From the NCBI GenBank assembly GCA_964016885.1, contig OZ024743.1:70122001-70186000 (forward strand): DNA of 64,000 bases, read 5' to 3'. The translations under genes were made by a program, and so were the position numbers. A model generated the notes under the pieces. The model did not search any database, had not been told where the DNA came from, and saw only the letters and a program-made list of their open reading frames with translations. The DNA is from Eledone cirrhosa. Its lineage: Eukaryota. Positions 55,268 to 64,000 of this stretch are shown here, piece by piece. How positions within the stretch are numbered: position 1 is the stretch's first letter; each line of letters begins with the position of its first letter.

Positions 55268-55869
55268 ATAAATGTTGTATATTGTTAGACCTATTTAATG
55301 ATTTACATGACATACTGGTTGAAAAGTCATGCAAAGATGCCGATAGTATTGTAAAATGTTTCTGAGAAACAAGATGTGAGTTCAAACAGCAAAGAGAGGG
55401 AATAAATTCTGTTAGTCTGTGTCGGTTACTCCCTCTGATAAATACAACAGAAGCAACACATATACACACAGAGTTGGTTGCTGGAATACTAAAATATTTG
55501 ACTGAAACAAATGAAGAGTGATGTAGTTCAACTGAACTAATAGCAAAAATCTCTAGAAAAGCTGGTCAGCTAAAGGTCTTCAGTGAGGAAACCCAACTCA
55601 CCTTCGTGCAAGAGTTTCGGCTCTTAACTCCTTAAACATTAAAAGAACTTGGTTGCATCTTGACCAAAATCCCCAACTGCTTTATTGTTGGACATATTTA
55701 ACCACTTAGCTATCGGAAGAATGTTGTGTGAAAACCACTTGAGTTCCTACACGATGAAATTCAGCTGGATGTTTGGAGAGTTATTCTACTATTGACTTTC
55801 GAGACGTTTCATCGGGTTATATACAGATTTGATTACAAACTCAATTATTACAACTACCAAGCAATATTA

Positions 55870-56817
55870 TCTATATATATAAAACTGTGGTTGTCTGTCT
55901 GTCTATCGATTTTTGGCACACATCTCCTCTTAGAATCTCTCACGGAATTGCACCGAAATTGCTATACTTGTACATTGAGCCCTAGCGAAGACATCGGAAA
56001 AAAAATATTTCAAATTGACCCACCCTATGTGACGAAATCGAATATAATGTATCGATTTTTGAGCGTAAGTTATCAGTTATTTCCCTTTGTTCTGTTTACA
56101 TTGAGCGTCTTACGTAAAAAATTACGCTGGCTTTCTCAGCGTTTAAAATGACATTAACACAATACACGAACAGTTGTCGAGCCAGCAAAATATTGACCTG
56201 CAAAATTCATCAGTTCGAACACTAAGCTACCGTTTTGCTTCATTTCCATTTAAAAGCATTTTAAAACAATATTTTTACTTGAAAACAAGTCTATTTAAAG
56301 ACTACGTAAAACAAGCAAATATTTCGTCGTTAGGCGTGCAGACAGACAGTCGTGCAGACAGACAGTCGTGCAGAGAGGTGATATACGCGTGCAGACAGAT
56401 AGTCGTGCAGAGAGGTGATATAGGCGTGCAGACAGACAGTCGTGCAGAGAGGTGATATAGGCGTGCAGACAGACAGTCGTGCAGAGAGGTGATATAGGCG
56501 TGCAGACAGACATAACTGATAATTTGGTTACGCTAATGTTTTTCTCTGCGTTGCAGTGTTTACATTTTCGATCTTTGTTAATAAATAACCAGTGCAGTTT
56601 CTATCCCCAGCATCCTCTTTTGTTATAACATTCGGGTTATCGTTATGTTTTCTTAACTTCATAAGGCATATTGTTGGTTGAGGGAATATTAATCAAAAAC
56701 ACCACATGCAAGTCTGCACAGTAGACACTACAGTTTTTAAGCCAAGAAAGAAACTTAACATTGTAACTTTAACACAGCTACTGAGCGACCCCGAGCAACG
56801 CCGGGCTTTACTGCTAG
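55870..56817 (+). mobile_element. Non-autonomous Helitron with internal 37-bp minisatellite
   Basis: A|TCTATATATATAAAA start; subterminal hairpin CCCGAGC-AAC-GCCGGG (56790-56805); CTAG|T end; no TSD; tandem unit at 56333-56512. Confidence 0.8.
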
Positions 56818-57781
56818 TATTCAATAAATGTAATTTTCTATTGCGAGTGAGTGGTTTAATGGATATAGGTGTTCGATTTACCAAGGTAAGGTCGTGAGTT
56901 CGATTCCCTGTTGCGCATTGCATTGTATCCTTAAATGAGTCACTTCATTTCGCGTTGCTCCAATCAACTCAGTTTGGAGAAATGAGCTGTCCCCTTAATT
57001 CAAACTGCCAGATATGTCACATGCGCTATTCTGAATCTCCTAAAGGATTACGTTAAGAATGCTCGGCCACGTACATATTAAATTAACGAGAAGGTTGTTC
57101 CGTTGATCAAAGGCCTGGAGAACTAGTCCTTGGAACTGATTGATATCCAGCAACAAATTTTGTATCTGAACTTAAATCGAGACCCGGTTTCGATTCTCAT
57201 TAAAGTTTCAATGTAATTATGTTATTCAATATTACATGAGAATCAGACAAACACGTTAACCTCCGCCATTATCACCAAACTGCATACTTGGTCTGTAAAC
57301 ATGAAATTTTATCTCTGAATATGCTGGATGTATAGATTGCTCCTGAGCATAAGAAGTGGGTGGTGGTGTGAAGATGTGTGGACGGAATGTTACTGTGTGT
57401 ATTCCTCTACATCCATATCTCCACATGTTCATACACACACACACACACACATACACATGCATATATGTATATATATATATGTATATATGCGTGTGTGGTG
57501 TGTGTGTATGTGTGTGTGTACATGTAAGTGTATGTTTATACATGTGTCTGTATCCATGTCAATGCTTGTATCTAAGTGTGCATATATGTACGGATGTAAG
57601 ATGCACGAATATATATACATATATGCGAGTATATGTGCATATCTGACAGAATATGTATGCACACACACACACACGCGCGCACAGACACATAAACATACAC
57701 ATTTATATATATGTATGTATGTATATATGTATATATATATATATATACATACATAAATACATATATAATGCATCTATATGT

Positions 57782-57813
<32 letters not shown>

Positions 57814-58404
57814 GTTATATATGTGAATGTGTGCATATACATGCATTAATGTACGTGCGTTGTGGGAAGACAAACAATACGCAGTGGACGTTGCTTATAA
57901 TCTAATTAGTCAATATTTAATTAGTAATTAATTAAAGAGAGCCTTTCCTTTGGCCTGGCACAGACCTTTAGAATATGAGCAATCGATGATAGAAGCTAGG
58001 GGTGGTCAGGATAAATTTACATAACGACAGCCAGATAAACCACCTAAATACTGCATGATAGAGATAGTTACACTACTCTGTAAGTAAGTTAACAAATTCA
58101 TTGACAAAATGATACAAAATATCAAGGGTGTAAAGGAGATTGTTGGAACGGCTGTTCAAAATGAATGGCCATTGCTTTGGTCAAAACCGCGCTGTTCTCG
58201 ATACTTTACATACATACAGACACACAGATACACATCTATACATATACACACATGCACATACAAATTGACATACGCATTAATAAATAAACACAGTCACACA
58301 CACACAAACATATGCAAACACATACAAATAGACATATGCATTCATGAATAACCATAGTCATATATACACACAGAAATGCGTACACACACACAAACACACA
58401 CGCA

Positions 58405-59832
58405 GGTTTTAGATCAATAATTATATTAGGATCATGTAATACATATATACTATAATTATACAAATCAAACTTCATGAATCATAAGGATAAGAACCAGATT
58501 CAAAATAAATAAGTATAATAAATAAATATGATCCTAATATAATTATTGATCTAAAACCTTAATTTTAACAATATTAACAGTAACTTATTTATTATATTAT
58601 ATTATGTTATGTATAACTGACTAATATCGTCTTGAACTTTAGACAATATACTCATTGTATAAATTTAGACAAATGCGTATATCTAGTTTAATAATACCCT
58701 TTTTAAGTATAATTATAAGGCCTATAGATACTTTAGGGCATTCTAATTGTTAATTTAACATTTTTAAAGTTATATCTGTAATTACTTTCTAAATTATATA
58801 ATCATTATTATTTTAATATAAAATTCTTTTAATATAATTTAATATGGATTACCTTCGAGAGGATGAAAATATTAAGTCTCTTCTTTCTCATGTTTGCAAA
58901 TATTTTAAATATGATTTTATAAATATGATGGTATACTTTAATATAAATACTTATAAATTTTTATAGACTGAAATACTATACCTTTAGTTTAATTCATTAT
59001 TCTGAACTAACATAAATGATTCGAAATTTAACAGTCATCCGGATACGTTTGGATATATATAATGTATATAGTTAATTGTTAGTATATTTCTAGTTAACTA
59101 AGGACTCAAAATTAAACCCTTATAATTACACCCAGATATATTTAATATTTAGATTGATTGATTATTTCTAGATAATTCAAAGATTCGAGTATTCTCTTTC
59201 ACAAAGCTATGCCCAAATGTATATTTATGTTTTTATATACATATATATTTGCATCATCTAATCACACGCTTTTTATCCACGACAATACAAATCTCCCTCC
59301 CTATGCTTTATACTATAAAAATTATTCCTCATTGTCTCTCTATCCTTGATCAATTCTCTTTTGCTTTCTATACTTCTACTAACTATCTTTTTCCTCATCT
59401 GTTTCTCTATGTCTTTCTTCTTTCTTCAATAATTTAATTTGAATCTCTAACAGTTATGTAAATTGCTATTATGTATTTTTAAGCTTTCTCACACGCACCC
59501 TCTGTACTATATGTAATCTTTTCATGTCTCAATCTTAAGGTATATAAATATTGAGTTTTATCATATTATTCACTACCATGACTGAATCTTAACCATCTAC
59601 TAAGTCAGGGTATGTCATGCATCATCTTATTTTATCTGATGAGGACGTATTGTGGAAGATAGCTCAGTACCTCTGAAATATGTATAATAAAATATACTTG
59701 ATCACACGAATGTCTATTTTTGTTAATATTTTGAATTAATATTAATAACTCCGGAAAACCATAACTGTGGAGTGCTTCCAATCTATTGTAAAACTCATTG
59801 TTTGATTTAGTCATTGAACATTGTTTAACCTT

Positions 59833-59835
<3 letters not shown>
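58405..59835 (+). mobile_element. Family B-related Penelope-like AT-rich 3' tail with HHR
   Basis: HHR at 59628-59694: TATTTTAT-CTGATGA-GGACGTATTG..CAGTACCTCT-GAAAT-ATGT-ATA-ATAAAATA; short 5' inverted repeat at 58405-58435 and 58528-58559. Confidence 0.75.
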
Positions 59836-59922
<87 letters not shown>

Positions 59923-60071
59923 GTATATATATATATATATATCACATACTAAACGGAGAATCAGTGGTGCGACGAATTAAAGTTTATTAGACATATTACA
60001 ATCGTTTCTCTGGCGACTAGCTCGAGTGCTCAAACGGCATACCGCATACGGACACTTTAAGTATCCCACAC

Positions 60072-60167
<96 letters not shown>

Positions 60168-60666
60168 AATACCAACTGAGCGAGGGTTATTCATCATTGA
60201 ATATACAAATGCTTGACCATATGTATTGGTGGTACTCGCCGTGAATTTTCGTCAATTAAAGTTCGTTTAATTCCTCTACTAACTTGAGTTTAGTGATAGA
60301 GCAATTTTACTGATGCTTAGCAACCCTTCTGCTCTCCTTCCTGAAATGCTTTTAATAGTATCTGAATGTTCCGTATTAAAATATAAACAGGTATGAGTCA
60401 AGGCGTTAATTCATTATTGACGTCCAGAGAAATAATTATTAGAATACCAATACAGTTTGAAGTATAAATAAATTAGTTTACACGGACACACACCTGGAGA
60501 TGAATTCGTACACACACAGGCATACACAGACACACATGTACACAGACACACACACAGACACACACAGATACACGCAGACATTCGTGTATATATGTGTATA
60601 AATGTATATGAATGTACGTATATATACATAAATACATATACACACAGATACGCACACACACACACA

Positions 60667-60724
<58 letters not shown>

Positions 60725-60727
<3 letters not shown>

Positions 60728-60909
60728 CAAAGGAAGTGTGGTAAGGAAGCAGATGGAACAAAACGTACCAGAGTACTCAATACTTAGTGTAGTAGAGTGG
60801 GTAATAGGAAAATGTTTAACGTCAGAGCTCAAGCCGTTTCGACGGCTATTTCTAGTCCAGAAATAGCTGTCGAAACGGCTTGAGCTCAGACGTCGGGGTT
60901 AAACATTTT

Positions 60910-60913
<4 letters not shown>
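60725..60913. mobile_element. Fold-back family D module
   Basis: Hairpin GACGGCTATTTCT-AGTCC-AGAAATAGCTGTC flanked by GAAACGGC on both strands. Confidence 0.7.
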
Positions 60914-60991
<78 letters not shown>

Positions 60992-61531
60992 GTGAGTTTT
61001 ATTGTAGAACAATAACACAATGCAAATTTGTAGCACTCAACGGTATTTTTGGACTGGAGTATTTATAAGAAGAAATTAAAAGATGGTTAAAAAAGTTCCA
61101 TGTATTTTATTATGCGCATGTCAAAAACAAATACCCTCCTGGGCCGATATTTGCGTTCTCATCAGAAAAAATAGGGAAACATGATATGATGCTTAAAAAA
61201 ATACTTGTGAACAAGATAGTGTTTAATCAACATATGATTAGATTCAAGCTTATGATAGCTAATAAGCTTGAAATTAGTACATCGTTCCTGTGTCAGTGTT
61301 GAACAAAAAGGCGACGATGGTTGCCGAACACTGTACGGCGTAATTCAGGCTGTTTGTTTACAAATAAACCGAACATTATAATAAATGTACATATATATAT
61401 GTGTGCATGTATGTATATATTTACATACTACTGTACGTTTGTATACATATATGTATGCACGTATACATACATACATTTAAGTAGCAGCCAGTACTAAGAG
61501 TGAGAAATGTAATTTCGTTTCATTCTTTTCC

Positions 61532-61579
<48 letters not shown>

Positions 61580-61909
61580 TGACTGCCAACTCGTTTTCGA
61601 GTGCGGCCACTACTTTATATCCATGTAGGAGAACCCCTACCGATGCGCTGAACGTGTGTGACTTTTTAGTCCAGCCAGCGACTTGAAAACTCTGGTACAA
61701 ACACTACAACTGTGACAATTATTGACACATAGTGCTGGGCTCATGGTACCATGTGACGACAAGTGCAGAGAGATCTCCAGATATAAAGCAATGCCTGTGC
61801 CGTGAAGCTTTTATAGTGAGCAAAGGCACTGCACAAAGCCAGTCCCACTCTCTTAACCAAGATGATATTTACCAAAAAGAAGAACAAGTCAACATCATTG
61901 GATACCATC

Positions 61910-62185
61910 AGGGTTGCAGGTGTTATATCAGAGTTTTCCTTCTCCTAGAATTCTGTCTTGACAAAGGCTAAGGGGTCATCTCTCCCGGTTTTTTTTTGAT
62001 GGCCATTGACTCTTAAGAGCTCCTTTGCCCTTTGACAGGTTTTGTTTTTAGTCCTGCAGGATGTCCAAAGTCACCCTCCTCACCAAGAAACCTTGGTGGG
62101 GTTGCCAGTTTAGTCGCCAACGACCCGACCATGAGACTGGTTGTACTGGGATACATGTTACCAGTTGCACCAACTGGTGACCTGA
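61910..62185 (-). mobile_element. Probable 5' UTR fragment of an RTE-type LINE
   Basis: GGCGACTAAACTGGCAACCCCACC and CTAGGAGAAGGAAAACTCTGA motifs, recognised from memory; no ORF. Confidence 0.4.
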
Positions 62186-62347
62186 CATAATGTATGTATA
62201 TGACAGTATGTATATATATATACATACTTACATATATAAATATACGTCTGATGACCGATCTAATTAGATAGCTCTGTTCTATACATAGACCACTCGTTTT
62301 TCCTTTTAGTTACCTTCGGAATTACCTAACACACACACACACCCACA

Positions 62348-62406
<59 letters not shown>

Positions 62407-62899
62407 ACAAACATACACACACATATATATATATATATATACACACCTACCGAAACCGTAGTGATTTCCAGAGGTTGACTGAGGACATAGGACTCTCCGT
62501 CTTAAAATTATCATATAATAGACATCACACCACCCTGTCAGTCCTCCTATATTCTACCATTTTACCTTAGCAGCTGGAACGTTCTATTTCATCGTGCAAG
62601 CCAGCAGTCTACCATGCATACCAGTTTCAACTGTCCTCGCCACCAATATTGTCTGAGTGAAAGTCAAAGTCCGATAGGGTGTGGCATCATTGATGTCTCA
62701 TCGCGGTTTTTCAGATGAACGGAATTGAGCAACTGGAGATGGAACGATGCAGTTTGGGAAGGATGTGATTGCTTGTTATAGCATATCAAGTATTGTATGT
62801 GTTATACTAACTTTATCTAGCAATGTAAAATAACCAGTTTATAGTTTAGAAAGTAATCTACTTCAAGAAGTTAGGATAAATTTAATAACAGATTATAAT

Positions 62900-63860
62900 T
62901 TAGACACAAGGCCACTATCGGCGAGAGGAAAGTCGATTAAATCTACCCCAATGTGTTACTGGTACTATATTTTAGTTAGTATAGCTAACCTCGGCAAGAT
63001 TTGAACTCAGAACGTAATGGATCGTAATTAAATACTGCAAAGCATGTTGTCCGATGCTCTAACGATTCTGTCAATCCATCGACCAAACTGGGTGGATTGA
63101 CTGGGTGTTGGTAGAGTGTCGGACAACATGCTTTACGGTATATAGTTACTGACCTTTACGTTCTGAGTTCAAATCCCACTGACGTTAGCTTTGCCTTCCA
63201 TCCTTACAGAGTCGATAAAATAAAGTACGAGTAATGCACATGGGTTGATAAAATCGAATCCCTGCCACAGAATTGTTGGCTATCTGCTTAAATCAAAAAC
63301 CATTCATTATTCTTGCCATTCTGGGTTCAAACCCGCCGAAGTTAACTTTGGCTTTCATCCTTATGGGGACGATAAAATAAAGTACCAGTAATACACTGGA
63401 TAATTGCTGGCCTTGTGTCAAAAGTAGAAACAATTGTTCTTGCTGTTAGGGCGGTGAATTGGCAGTATCGGTAGAGAGTTGGACGCCATGCTTTCTAGCA
63501 TAGTTACGTCCCTCTACGATCTGAGTTCAAAACCCGTCGAGGTTAACTTTGCCTTTCATCCTTACGGGGTCGATAAAATAAAGTACCAGTAATGTACAGG
63601 GTAATTGCTGGCGTTGTCCCAATAGTAGAAACAATTATTCTTGCTGTTATGTCTGTTGATTGGTAGAATTGTTAGTGACGGATAGCAAGCTTTGTAGCAT
63701 TTAGGCCATTTACATTTTGAGTTAACCTCACTAAGGTCAGTTTTGCATTCATAATTCCGGTGTGGATAAAATGAAGTAGCAGCGAAATATTGGGGTCGAT
63801 ATAAAGGACTTACCCATGGCCTCAAATTAGTGGCCTTGGGCCCAAAGTAGAAATTATTAT
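62900..63860. mobile_element. Cluster of about five family 1 SINEs
   Basis: Minus copy at 62900-63085; plus copies starting near 63090, 63320, 63449 and 63650. Confidence 0.8.
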
Positions 63861-64000
63861 TAATATGTGTGTTATCTTTTGAATTCCTATGGAAAATGAC
63901 TTTTGTTAATTAATCTTTGAAAATGTTCAAATCATTGTCCCCCTTATTACAATAATTATTCTAATGATTACCATCATTATTCATACTATCAATATAGTAG

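Noticed and set aside
56333-56512. CRISPR-like 37-bp periodicity
   Set aside because: Head-to-tail repeats without unique spacers, no cas genes, eukaryotic context.

Overview
AT-rich eukaryotic (animal) DNA, about half microsatellite and low-complexity sequence, with a 200-N gap at 8707-8906. The dominant tRNA-derived SINE resembles octopus SINEs, so a cephalopod origin is inferred, not proven. No intact host gene is evident. Mobile content: one intact 1130-aa R4/Dong-type non-LTR retrotransposon in a stack of (TAA)n-associated copies, degenerate R4-type copies in (TACA)n, a complete decayed hAT transposon (16-bp TIRs, 8-bp TSD), a non-autonomous Helitron, a mariner-type MITE and about 20 SINEs. 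The main hidden signal is that many short 'unique' islands between (TA)n tracts are 3' ends of Penelope-like elements or retrozyme-like modules. They carry type I hammerhead ribozyme (HHR) motifs: by eye roughly 25 intact or near-intact copies from 10 or more unrelated families. These include U3:A8 core variants, very large helix II inserts, a 488-nt HHR-to-HHR unit, and inverted duplications whose junctions fall inside the ribozyme. One island is a 5'-truncated, frameshifted TMEM60 coding sequence fused to such a repeat tail. All RNA folds were done by hand and none is experimentally tested.
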